Origin: Candidatus Latescibacterota bacterium
Lineage (GTDB): Bacteria; Latescibacterota; UBA2968
Assembly (NCBI GenBank): GCA_965222605.1
Contig: OZ244960.1
Span: 3,648,001-3,712,000 of the forward strand
Length of the DNA: 64,000 bases
Direction of reading: 5' to 3'
In this document: positions 25,706 through 34,971 of the stretch, piece after piece
Layout of the letters: the number at the start of each line of letters is the position of its first letter
Position numbering within the stretch: position 1 is the first letter of the stretch
Made by a program: the position numbers and the translations under genes
The notes under the pieces: generated by a model
What the model was told of the DNA's origin: nothing
The model's input: only the letters and a program-made list of their open reading frames with translations
Database searches by the model: none

Positions 25706-26884
25706 TTAGTCCGCCGCGTCGCTGTGATCCATGGAGCAGAATGCCTGATAGTCCATGAGTTCGGTGATGGTCGGGTTGTCGCCACATACAGGGCAATTTT
25801 TGTCGCGGCGAATTTTGAATATGTTGAATGTCATTTGCAGGGCGTCGTACATCAGCAAGCGACCGATGAGTGGATCCCCCTGACCGAGTATGAGTTTGAC
25901 TACTTCTGTGGCCTGCACGAGGCCAATTGTGCCGGGCAAAACACCCAGCACGCCTGCTTCGTCTCACGACGGTGCCAGGTCTGCCGGCGGTGGCGCAGGG
26001 TAGAGGCAGCGGTAGCAAGGCCCCTCGCCGTCGCACGTGTACACCGTGACCTGACCTTCAAAGCGGAAGATGCTGCCATCCACGATGGGTTTTTTTAAGA
26101 AGACACACGCGTCGTTGACCAGATAGCGCGTTGGAAAGTTGTCGCAGCCGTTGACGATAATATCGTATTCGGGGAGGATGTCCATGATGTTGTCGGATGT
26201 GAGATAGTCGGTGTGTGGCACCACATCACAGCCGGGGTTGATTTCTTTGAGGGTCTCGTAGGCTGAGATGGCTTTGAGACGACCCAGGTCAGATGTGCCG
26301 TGCAGTATCTGGCGTTGCAAGTTGGTGACATCGACGATATCGGCATCGACAATTCCCAGTCTCCCAATGCCAGTCGCCGCCAGATAAAGTCCGGTTGGGC
26401 TGCCCAATCCGCCCGCGCCGATGAGTAATACTTTGGCGTCGAGGAGTTTGCCTTGTCCTCGTTCTCCCACTTCGGGGATGAGGAGGTGACGGGAGTAACG
26501 CTGTACTTCGGCTTTGTTGAGCGCGCGGTCACGATCAATGGCGAGGCTGGCATTTTTCCACGCCTCGATGTCGCCCTGGATGTACGCGACATCGGAATAG
26601 CCCATGTCTTGAAGGGCCTGTGCGGCCAATGCACCCTGGCCCTGAGCACCATAGACAATGATTGCGCGGTCGCGGTCGTTGTCCATGCTTTCTATGCGGA
26701 GTTCGAGAAAGCCACGCGGCACATTTTCTGCGCCGGGGATATATCCTTCGATATAATTTTCGCGCTCGCGCACGTCTATGAGCAGCGTGCCATTTGCATG
26801 GATTTTCTCCTGTGCGTGTCCTGGAGAAAGCCCCGTGGTGTTGGCTTCTGCCCGTGTGACGAGCGTTTTATAAGTTGCACTCAT
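25706..26884 (-). CDS. moeB: Rhodanese-MoeB/ThiF adenylyltransferase, probable selenoprotein (UGA at 25964-25966)
   Basis: RYSRH, GAGGLGS, NLQRQ, CYRC. The frame continues LAPS-UGA-DEAGVLGVLPG to CPVCG, joining ORFs 25964..26884 and 25706..25951. Confidence 0.88.
25929..25951 (-). promoter_or_regulatory. Candidate bacterial SECIS hairpin
   Basis: GUGCUGGGU-GUUUU-GCCCGGCAC begins 12 nt after the UGA, and G is the first loop base. Confidence 0.65.
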
Positions 26885-26970
26885 GGCGAGCCTTTCGGGT
26901 TGGTGTTTGGATTATTTTCGACGGGATTTAATGTAAGGTATTTTTCCGCATCCTGCAAGTCCGCGAAAAA

Positions 26971-27780
26971 TTAGACAATTGTAATTTCGGGCAAGTCGCT
27001 TTCCCGTTTTTCCAGTGCGTCGGTAATGCGCTGGGCGATTTCGGCGAAAGCGCGGTTTTCACCTGTTGCGATGGGCGCGCCCGTGTCGCCGCCTTCGCGA
27101 ATGTTGGGCTGAATGGGGATTTGTCCGAGTAGGGGCAGGCCAAATGCATCGGCGATGTGTTGCCCCCCGCCTTCGCCAAAGAGGGGTGTGCGATCTCCGC
27201 AACACGGGCACAGGAAATAGCTCATGTTTTCGACAACGCCCAGGATGGGGACTTCGACTTTGCGGAACATTTCAATGCCGCGATGGACGTCTTCCAAAGC
27301 GACATTTTGCGGGGTGGTGACAATGACCGCACCGCTGAGTGGCACGGTTTGGGCAAGGGTGAGTTGTGCATCGCCCGTGCCGGGGGGTAGATCGACGACG
27401 AGGTAGTCGAGCGCGCCCCATATTACGTCAACAATGAATTGCTGGATCATTCTGCTCACGATGGGACCGCGCCATATAATAGGGGCATTTTCTCCGGCGA
27501 TAAGGCCGAGAGACATGAATTTGACATTGTGATTTTCAAGGGGCAGTATTTTTTGCCCTATTGCCTTGGGTTGCGCCATGCTGCCCATCATGATTGGCAC
27601 GTTGGGGCCGTAAATATCCGCGTCGAGCAAGCCAACCGCTGCGCCCTGTTTGGCGAGCGAGACCGCGAGGTTCACGCTAACCGTTGTTTTGCCCACGCCG
27701 CCTTTGCCGCTGGATACTGCGACGATGTGTTTGACTTCGGGTAAGATCTCAGGGCGTTGGGGACGGTCTGGTGTTGGCAT
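26971..27780 (-). CDS. mrp: Mrp/NBP35 (ApbC) Fe-S carrier ATPase
   Basis: SGKGGVGKT, DADIYGP, DLPPGTGD, ENMS..CPCC. Confidence 0.95.
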   Translation of the reverse strand: MPTPDRPQRPEILPEVKHIVAVSSGKGGVGKTTVSVNLAVSLAKQGAAVGLLDADIYGPNVPIMMGSMAQPKAIGQKILPLENHNVKFMSLGLIAGENAPIIWRGPIVSRMIQQFIVDVIWGALDYLVVDLPPGTGDAQLTLAQTVPLSGAVIVTTPQNVALEDVHRGIEMFRKVEVPILGVVENMSYFLCPCCGDRTPLFGEGGGQHIADAFGLPLLGQIPIQPNIREGGDTGAPIATGENRAFAEIAQRITDALEKRESDLPEITIV

Positions 27781-27799
27781 GGTGGCTCCGGTGATAAAT

Positions 27800-28960
27800 T
27801 TAATAGTTCGGCGAGATTTCGCGAAGGCGATTGACTTCTTGAATTACGCGTTTTGCAACATAGTCAATTTCTTCTTCGGTATTGAATCGGCCAATGCCAA
27901 AGCGAATGCTGCACTGCGCCATGTCATTGCTGACGCCAATGGCTTTGAGTACATAGGATGGTTCCAGGGATGCGGATGTACACGCCGAACCGGATGAGAG
28001 GGCTACGTCTCGTAAGCTCATGAGCAGGCTTTCGCCATCTACGCCGGCAAAGCTGATGTTGAGATTGCCCGGCAGACGTTGTTCGGGGTGGCCGTTGAGT
28101 TGTATCTGGGACAGCGCGTTGAAGAGATGGTTTTGCAGGCGGTGGCGCAATTTTTGGCTGTGTTTTGCTTCAGTTTCGATGTGTTTTTGTGCAAGCGCAC
28201 AGGCTTCCCCCATGCCCACAATGCCCGGTACATTGAGTGTGCCAGAGCGCATGCCTTTTTCATGGCCCCCGCCGTCTATTTGGCCGACGAGGCGAACGCG
28301 CGGGCGACTGCGCACATAGAGCGCGCCTGCGCCTTTGGGACCGTAGAGTTTGTGGGCGGAGATGGAGAGCAGGTCGATGTGCATGGCTTCGACATCGAGC
28401 GGGTATTTGCCAATGGCCTGTGCTGCATCTGTGTGGAAATAGATGTTTTTTGCGCGACAGATCGCCCCGATTTCTTCAATCGCCTGGCAGGTGCCGATTT
28501 CGTTGTTGGCCGACATAATGGAGACGAGTACGGTGTTATCTGTGATGGCGTTTTCAATGTCTGATGGATCGACAATACCGTGTGAATCTACGGGCAAGAT
28601 TGTGACCGAGACCCCCTCGCGTTCCAGTGCGCGGCAAGAGTCGAGTACGGCGTGGTGTTCGGTAGCTTGCGTGATGATGTGCGCGTTGGTGGCTGCGGCT
28701 GCTACGCCTTTGGTGGCGAGGTTGTCGGATTCTGTGGCGCCACTGGTAAAGACGATGTCTTTGGGCTGTGCGTTGATGAGGCTGGCTATTTGTTCCCGCG
28801 CGAGATCAACAGCATCTTCGGCATGCCACCCAAAGGTGTGTGTGCGGCTGGCGGCATTGCCAAAACGATCTTTGAGATAGGGCAACATCGCGTTGAGTAC
28901 CCGTTCATCTATGGGTGTCGTGGCGTTGTTGTCGAGATATATGGGCAGTTGAGTAGGCAT
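27800..28960 (-). CDS. iscS: Cysteine desulfurase
   Basis: [27 protein letters not shown]. Confidence 0.95.
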   Translation of the reverse strand: MPTQLPIYLDNNATTPIDERVLNAMLPYLKDRFGNAASRTHTFGWHAEDAVDLAREQIASLINAQPKDIVFTSGATESDNLATKGVAAAATNAHIITQATEHHAVLDSCRALEREGVSVTILPVDSHGIVDPSDIENAITDNTVLVSIMSANNEIGTCQAIEEIGAICRAKNIYFHTDAAQAIGKYPLDVEAMHIDLLSISAHKLYGPKGAGALYVRSRPRVRLVGQIDGGGHEKGMRSGTLNVPGIVGMGEACALAQKHIETEAKHSQKLRHRLQNHLFNALSQIQLNGHPEQRLPGNLNISFAGVDGESLLMSLRDVALSSGSACTSASLEPSYVLKAIGVSNDMAQCSIRFGIGRFNTEEEIDYVAKRVIQEVNRLREISPNY

Positions 28961-29034
28961 ATAAAAAGTGAGAAGTGAGAAATGAGGGGCTTACCCGATC
29001 TCGCTGTCCAGGGTCAGGTACCAATCTACAAGCC

Positions 29035-29062
29035 AATATACCCGATTTCGCATTGGCGTCAA
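29035..29062 (-). promoter_or_regulatory. Putative iscS promoter
   Basis: Minus strand TTGACG, 16 bp, TATATT. Confidence 0.55.
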
Positions 29063-29076
29063 TACAAGGGGTAGTA

Positions 29077-30003
29077 TCATTCAAATAAAGCTCTGACAAA
29101 GTTTTCGGGGTCGAAGTCGTCCAGGTCCTCAACGCTTTCTCCCAGGCCAACATAGCGCACGGGCAGGTCGAGTTCGTCGGCAATGGCGATGACGACACCT
29201 CCTTTGGCTGTGCCGTCGAGTTTTGCCAGGACAAGGCCCGTGAGTTCGACCGCGCTGTGAAAATGTTTTGCCTGAATGACGGCATTTTGTCCGGTGGTTG
29301 CATCGAGTACGAGCAGGGTTTCGTGGGGGGCACCGGGCAGTGCTCTGGCGACGACGCGGCGGATTTTTTTGACTTCTTCCATGAGGTTGACTTTGGTGTG
29401 CAGGCGGCCTGCTGTGTCGATGAGTACGACGTCGATGTCGCGTGCTCTGGCTGCCTGAATGGCGTCGAATGCCACGGATGCTGCGTCTGCACCCGGTTGG
29501 TGGTGCACTATGTCAGATCCTGTGCGGTCGGCCCAGATGCCGAGTTGGTCAATGGCTGCTGCCCGAAATGTGTCTCCTGCAGCAAAGAGTACTTTTTTGC
29601 CTTCGCGGCTGAGTTTGTGAGCCATTTTGCCAATGGTGGTGGTTTTGCCCACGCCGTTGACGCCTACGACGAGGATGACGTGGGGTTTGGCTGTGATTGA
29701 GACAGGTGGTGCGGTATCTGAAGGCAGGAGGATTTTGCGGATTTCTTCTTCGAGAAATTCTTGAATTGCGGTTTCTGGGTTTTCAACGGGTTCGCCGGTT
29801 TCGAAGCGTTCGCGCAATTGGTCAATTATGCGGAGGGTGGGATCTACGCCAACGTCGGCTTCAATGAGAATTTCTTCAATTTCTTCAAGGGTTTCTTCGT
29901 CGATTTCAGGGCACCGCCGAATGACTTCGCGGATTTTTTGTACCATGCCCTCGCGGGTTTTGGTCAATCCTTTTTTTAGTTTGTCGATTAATTTACCGAG
30001 CAT
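29077..30003 (-). CDS. ftsY: Signal recognition particle receptor FtsY
   Basis: [34 protein letters not shown]. Confidence 0.97.
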   Translation of the reverse strand: MLGKLIDKLKKGLTKTREGMVQKIREVIRRCPEIDEETLEEIEEILIEADVGVDPTLRIIDQLRERFETGEPVENPETAIQEFLEEEIRKILLPSDTAPPVSITAKPHVILVVGVNGVGKTTTIGKMAHKLSREGKKVLFAAGDTFRAAAIDQLGIWADRTGSDIVHHQPGADAASVAFDAIQAARARDIDVVLIDTAGRLHTKVNLMEEVKKIRRVVARALPGAPHETLLVLDATTGQNAVIQAKHFHSAVELTGLVLAKLDGTAKGGVVIAIADELDLPVRYVGLGESVEDLDDFDPENFVRALFE

Positions 30004-30007
30004 GAAA

Positions 30008-30180
30008 ATTCCTTAAAGTTTGCAAAGTCGACGTGCTCCCTTGACTGAAGTCAAGGGATTCCGGGTCACCCTTTATCAGGCGGCCTCCCGAGAACTTACA
30101 GCTTCGTGGACCGTATGGTGATCAAACACCAAGACCACTGGGCGCGCCGAACGCCCACTACTGGGAACCCCAGATACTTT
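30008..30180 (-). ncRNA. Predicted omegaRNA/reRNA (scaffold plus flanking guide)
   Basis: Expected by family knowledge over the tnpB 3' end and right-end hairpin. The guide would be CTTTGCAAACTTTAAGG...; the 5' limit is a guess. Confidence 0.55.
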
Positions 30181-31317
30181 TTGGTGGATATTGAACGCAC
30201 CCACAAGGTCTGCTTGGCCTTCAAAGCCGCAGCAGCAGGAATACCAACCACGATGTTTGCGATTGGATTTCTTTTTTATACCACAGTGCGGGCAAGTCTG
30301 CGAGGTATATTTCTCACAGACGACGTTGACCTTTATGCCAAGCAGCGCGGCCTTGTATTCAATCATCGCGCTGAGCCTATCATATGGCCAGGCGTGCAGG
30401 CGTTGATTCATCCTTTTGCCATAGGCGATGTGCTGTCGGATGCCGGTCAAGTCACCCAGGATGATAGTGCCCACACCCTTATCGACACACACATCCACAA
30501 ACCGTCTGCTGGCGATATGGAGGGCATGCGTGATTTGTCGGGCTTCTTTTCGGGCGATCTGGCGATAGCGTCTCGACATCATAGGATGGTCCTGGCTGGG
30601 CGGTTTGACCTTTGCTCTGACCTTCTGCCAGTATCGGCGTGTGGCCTTGAGCAGGCGTCCACAGATCAGATACCGAGAGCCATCACAGAAATCTGCGGCA
30701 ATGAGCCAGTCTTCGCCTATGTCCACACCAACGGTGGCCTCTCCGGGGGGCTTATCAGGAACATCCACTTCGACCACCAGACGGGCTTGGAAATCCCGTG
30801 TGTGCGTATCGTAGATGATCTGGACGTTCTTCAACTGGGAAAGGTCAACATTTGGGCGGGTGTGGAGACGAAAGACGAGGCGGCGCACACCGTCCTGTCG
30901 GGTGGTGCCAAGCGAGATGCGAAGATATGTCATTCCGCGCTTGTGGATTACCTTGATGGATCCATTGTTGGGATGGGAATAGCGCAGCGGAGACAGACGC
31001 GTCTTCTTCCTGAACCCTGGAGGCCGTGCCTTCTTGTCGCGCTTGTGCTTTTGAAAGAACGACTGAAAAGCCCATCCCACCTCTTGGCGCGTGGTATCTA
31101 CCACATCGGAATACAATTCCTTGTGGCGTGGCAACTGGCGGGCAATACGGTTGAGATGGCTGGCCGAATAACAGACTTTCCCCTGCTGCTCGTATTCTTC
31201 ACGCAGATGAAAGATCAAGCCATTATAGACTTTGGTCGCAGACAACATTGCGTCACGAAGAATGTCAAAGCGTTCAGGTGCGCCGCGAAGACGGGCTTTT
31301 ATTGTCAGGTATGGCAT
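30076..31317 (-). CDS. tnpB: RNA-guided endonuclease TnpB
   Basis: RPPGFRKK, RuvC-I VGVDIG, ILGDL, EKYTSQTCPHCG, Zn finger, RuvC-III ADLVGAFNI. Confidence 0.93.
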   Translation of the reverse strand: MPYLTIKARLRGAPERFDILRDAMLSATKVYNGLIFHLREEYEQQGKVCYSASHLNRIARQLPRHKELYSDVVDTTRQEVGWAFQSFFQKHKRDKKARPPGFRKKTRLSPLRYSHPNNGSIKVIHKRGMTYLRISLGTTRQDGVRRLVFRLHTRPNVDLSQLKNVQIIYDTHTRDFQARLVVEVDVPDKPPGEATVGVDIGEDWLIAADFCDGSRYLICGRLLKATRRYWQKVRAKVKPPSQDHPMMSRRYRQIARKEARQITHALHIASRRFVDVCVDKGVGTIILGDLTGIRQHIAYGKRMNQRLHAWPYDRLSAMIEYKAALLGIKVNVVCEKYTSQTCPHCGIKKKSNRKHRGWYSCCCGFEGQADLVGAFNIHQKVSGVPSSGRSARPVVLVFDHHTVHEAVSSREAA

Positions 31318-31416
31318 TTAAAACTAACCGTCCTGAATATAGTGTCCAATCGGCACAATGGTATGCAGAATAACAGACATAACATATTGTTTTTTTTATT
31401 GTTCTATCCATATTTT

Positions 31417-31445
31417 ATTATACTTACAAATGGTATGGATGTCAA
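31417..31445 (-). promoter_or_regulatory. Perfect consensus sigma70 promoter for tnpB
   Basis: Minus strand TTGACA, 17 bp, TATAAT. Confidence 0.85.
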
Positions 31446-31620
31446 CATTTACTTGCAACACAATATTCAATCACGTCGCATGATTGGCATTGTGCTTCGC
31501 GTGCCTCCCCGTGCTCAAGCACGGGTCTCCTGCGACATTTTTTAGGGAGCAAAAATAGGGCAGACGTCACCTAAACGCCCGTTAGACGGCGTTTCTGGCG
31601 CGTTGTGTGCGTATTTCTGT

Positions 31621-32121
31621 TCATTTACAACCCCCATCCCTTTCGTTTGGTTTGTCGTCAACGTCAACCTTCCAATACTGCCCGCTGATAAAGGTCTTTG
31701 TTATCTTTTTGCTCCCGTTCATTCTATATCCGAGAGTGAACATCACCTGCGCTTGTTCTGTATCGCCCACCGTTTTGCCTGTGTCTCCGTTGAACATAAA
31801 CGAGATAGGATCAAATTTTTGTCCGTTAATGCGTTCGGCAGATTGAGCCTTGAGCCAGTGATAAAAGTGGGTTGGTTGTTTCAACGCCTCTTGTCGTGCC
31901 TTTTGCACTGCCGTTGGGTCATTGATATGCTCATTGACCCATGCGGTTGCGTCACGCATTCTTTTTGCGCGGTCCAAAATTAATGTTGAGCAACCCTCAC
32001 GTTCATACATTCGCAGAGACCACGAGCCACGTGTCAATACGTACAATCGTCCCGCCTCGCTTCGCGCTTCATAGTCTGGCAATTCAGTGCGTCTGTGAAA
32101 CGCCAAAACTTCTTGTGCCAT
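31621..32121 (-). CDS. Hypothetical protein (166 aa)
   Basis: Start MAQEVLAF with RBS GGGGTGAG, downstream of a promoter and structured leader; no family recognised. Confidence 0.65.
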   Translation of the reverse strand: MAQEVLAFHRRTELPDYEARSEAGRLYVLTRGSWSLRMYEREGCSTLILDRAKRMRDATAWVNEHINDPTAVQKARQEALKQPTHFYHWLKAQSAERINGQKFDPISFMFNGDTGKTVGDTEQAQVMFTLGYRMNGSKKITKTFISGQYWKVDVDDKPNERDGGCK

Positions 32122-32134
32122 ACTCACCCCATAT

Positions 32135-32281
32135 AAAGAAAGCCCGCGACGGTTGCGGCCAAACACGGCGACTAGGCGCAGAGTTTGCCGTCACGGGCTT
32201 TTGTGAATAGATATGAAAAATCCTAGTCTTTTCCCGTATTGGCCGCAACCACATAGTAAGCCCGAAGTGTGCGAAATTCAA
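32135..32281 (-). promoter_or_regulatory. Promoter plus structured antisense/attenuator-like leader
   Basis: TTGAAT, 17 bp, TACTAT. A 14-bp stem (32201-32188 with 32152-32139) is followed by U-rich sequence, and its loop and bulge are complementary to 32222-32250. Confidence 0.6.
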
Positions 32282-32390
32282 GCGGATTTTTAACCTGCCT
32301 GAGAGACAAAAATCAGCAATCCCTTGACGATTCTGAAAAATCGCTGTCAGACGGGTAAGGAACTCTATAGCACTCAGCACATGCTTTATT

Positions 32391-34265
32391 TTACCCTGAC
32401 GTACCAAAACTGTTGGCAAAAATCAGAAAATCTCCGAACCCAATCGTGCCATCGCCATCCAGATCGTACTTTGCGTCGTAATTAGAATCGCCTCGTCTTG
32501 TCCCGAACCTCGCTACAAATGCCAAAAAATCTGCAAAATCAACTTGTCCTTTTCCATCAAAGTTGGGCGTGGGTGGTTTTACCTCCAGTATGTTCCATTC
32601 TGATACATCCCACATCTTGATCGTTCTATCGTGTGCCCCCGAAGTGAGTGTGTTGCCATTGGGGGAAAACGCAACAGAAGTGACCCCCTCCGTATGTCCT
32701 TCAAGCGTGGCGATGGTTTCCCTTGCTGCCACGTCCCACAGCTTGATGGTGTTATCTCTTGCCCCCGAAGCGAGTGTGTTGCCATTGGGGGAAAACGCAA
32801 CAGAAGTGACCCCCTCCGTATGTCCTTCAAGCGTGGCGATAGGTTGTCTTGTTGCCACGTCCCACAGCTTGATCGTATTATCTCTTGCCCCTGAACCCGA
32901 AGCGAGTGTTTTGCCATCAGGCGAAAACGCAACAGAAGTGATCCCATTTGTAATCACAAACCTTTGTTGTTTTTTCGCCACGTTCCACCGCCCACCAGGT
33001 GGGGTGTAGCGATATATGGTGATAGTTGTTCGTGTTGCCACGTCCCACAGCTTGATCGTTCTATCTTCTCCCCCTGTAGCAAGTGTGTTGCCATCGGGTG
33101 AAAACGCAACAGAAGTGATCCCCTCCGTCCCTCTAAGTGTGGCGATAGTTGTTCGTGTTGCCACGTCCCACAGCTTGATGGTGTTATCTCTTGCCCCCGA
33201 AGCGAGTGTGTTGCCATTGGGGGAATAGGCAACAGACAAGACAAAATCCGTATGCCCTTCTCCCAACGTGTCCACATGTTCCCTTGTTGTCACGTCCCAC
33301 AGTTTAATCGTGTAATCCTTCCACGCCCCTGAAGCAAGTGTGTTGCCATCGGGTGAAAACGCAATAGACAAGACCCCCTCCCCATGCCCTCTAAGCGTGG
33401 CGATATGTGTTCGTGTTGCCACGTCCCACAGCCAGATTGTGTTATCATAAGACACCGAAGCGAGCGTTTTGCCATCAGGTGAAAGCACTACAAAAAAGAG
33501 AGAACCGCCCCCCATGCGCTCCCCCAATGTGGCGATAGGTTCCTTTGTTGCCACGTCCCACAGCCAGATCGTGCTGTCGATTACCCCCGCAAAGAGCGTT
33601 TTGCCATCGGGTGAAAATGCAACAGAATTGACCGTCCCTGTATGTCCTTCAAGTGTAGCGATATGTGTTCGTGTTGTCACGTCCCATAGTCTGACCTTTA
33701 AACCTTCCCCTGCTGTAGCGAGTGTTTTGCCATCGGGTGAAAATGCAACAGAAAGACTGTACCAGCGCCCATGCCCTTCAAGTATCGCGATATGTGTTCG
33801 TGTTACCACGTCCCACAGTCTGCTCGTGCCATCATTCGATCCCGAAGCAAGCGTTTTACCATCGGGTGAAAACGCAATAGATAAGACCCCCTCCTCATGC
33901 CCTCTAAGCGTGGCGATATGTGTTCGTGTTGCCACGTCCCACAGCTTGATTGTATTATCTAATGACCCTGAAGCAAGCGTTTGACCATCAGGTGAAAACG
34001 CAACAGAAGCGACCCCCTCCATATGTCCTTCAAGCGTAGCGATAGGTTCCTTTGTTGCCACGTCCCACAGCTTGATCGTGCTATCTAATGACCCTGAACC
34101 CGAAGCGAGTGTTTTGCCATCAGGCGAAAACGCAACAGACAAGACAGAATCCGTATGCAACTCGCCCAGTGTGGCGATAGGTTCAACCATTACTTGACAA
34201 GGCACGGGTGTTGAAAAGAGTTGCCCCATGATTAGCAAAAAAGCCCCAACGAGTTTGAAACGCAT
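32391..34265 (-). CDS. Secreted WD40-repeat protein (12 repeats) with a dockerin-like EF-hand tail
   Basis: Signal peptide MRFKLVGAFLLI; 12 copies of SVAFSPDG..LASG...IKLWDV; tail NFDGKGQVDFADFLAF...DLDGDGTIGFGDFLIF. Confidence 0.92.
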   Translation of the reverse strand: MRFKLVGAFLLIMGQLFSTPVPCQVMVEPIATLGELHTDSVLSVAFSPDGKTLASGSGSLDSTIKLWDVATKEPIATLEGHMEGVASVAFSPDGQTLASGSLDNTIKLWDVATRTHIATLRGHEEGVLSIAFSPDGKTLASGSNDGTSRLWDVVTRTHIAILEGHGRWYSLSVAFSPDGKTLATAGEGLKVRLWDVTTRTHIATLEGHTGTVNSVAFSPDGKTLFAGVIDSTIWLWDVATKEPIATLGERMGGGSLFFVVLSPDGKTLASVSYDNTIWLWDVATRTHIATLRGHGEGVLSIAFSPDGNTLASGAWKDYTIKLWDVTTREHVDTLGEGHTDFVLSVAYSPNGNTLASGARDNTIKLWDVATRTTIATLRGTEGITSVAFSPDGNTLATGGEDRTIKLWDVATRTTITIYRYTPPGGRWNVAKKQQRFVITNGITSVAFSPDGKTLASGSGARDNTIKLWDVATRQPIATLEGHTEGVTSVAFSPNGNTLASGARDNTIKLWDVAARETIATLEGHTEGVTSVAFSPNGNTLTSGAHDRTIKMWDVSEWNILEVKPPTPNFDGKGQVDFADFLAFVARFGTRRGDSNYDAKYDLDGDGTIGFGDFLIFANSFGTSG

Positions 34266-34380
34266 GAAAAATTTCCTTTTCGCCAAGTGTTCTTTGCTAA
34301 TACCCGTCATGGTGTATATCCTGTTCATCTGATTCGGATTTCTGACGAGCCGTAAGGTTGCCCCTCGGCGAGGTTGGCTT

Positions 34381-34767
34381 CTACTGCGCCCGCGGTGTCC
34401 ATTGTGTAATATCACTGTTGTATTCTCTAACAATATCAGGGTTAGATTTGGTGTTTAGCCAATCGCTGAATGATTGTAGTTCAGGGGGCGGAGGTAATAC
34501 TTCTTTCCAAATACAAGGCCCCCTTAGCCATTCGTCATCGGTGTCTGGCATGAATCTGTTGCAAAGCGCATGCAAATTTTGCTCTGCTCCAATCTCGGAG
34601 TCAAAGGAAGGCCCTCTCACAGTGATAGACTCCTCCTCATAGTTACGAATTTCAAATTCTGCGAAATATACAACATTGCCCTCATCCAATTCACCCTGTT
34701 CTATTGGCGCATTCTGCGCTCCTTTCGCGTTCTCGTCTATGTCCGCTTTATGAGGCAAAAGATACAC
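34381..34767 (-). CDS. Acidic hypothetical protein
   Basis: 128-aa ORF with protein-like composition; start uncertain. Confidence 0.5.
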   Translation of the reverse strand: MYLLPHKADIDENAKGAQNAPIEQGELDEGNVVYFAEFEIRNYEEESITVRGPSFDSEIGAEQNLHALCNRFMPDTDDEWLRGPCIWKEVLPPPPELQSFSDWLNTKSNPDIVREYNSDITQWTPRAQ

Positions 34768-34971
34768 AAAATGGATTTATTTGCCTAAAAAAGACCGCGT
34801 GTCAGGGAAATTCAAACATGGAATGAGCTTGACACCCAAAGGGAATTTCCTTATCTGTGATTTGAGAGATACAAGCGGATAAACCGACTCACTATCTGAA
34901 ATTATAAAGAGAGGAACAATGCGATGCAATCAGATACGATTGCTTAACCGAGAGGAGCGTCAAGTAAGAAA

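Larger units (their letters stand above)
30028..31540 (-). mobile_element. Non-autonomous IS200/IS605-family element (tnpB only)
   Basis: Right end GAAT-CCCTTGACTTCAGTCAAGGG-AGCACG-TCGA. Left-end hairpin CCCGTGCTTGAGCACGGG (about 31508-31525). No tnpA; the left boundary is approximate. Confidence 0.8.

Noticed and set aside
25706-25966. moeB as a nonsense pseudogene or two separate genes
   Set aside because: The stop is UGA at the conserved Cys, both halves are intact and in frame, and a SECIS-like hairpin follows, so Sec is the better explanation.
30106-31545. 479-aa plus-strand ORF
   Set aside because: Antisense shadow of tnpB with no recognisable motifs.
32600-34180. Regularly spaced DNA repeats resembling a CRISPR array or DGR
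   Set aside because: They are in-frame WD40 coding repeats, with no unique spacers, cas genes or reverse transcriptase.
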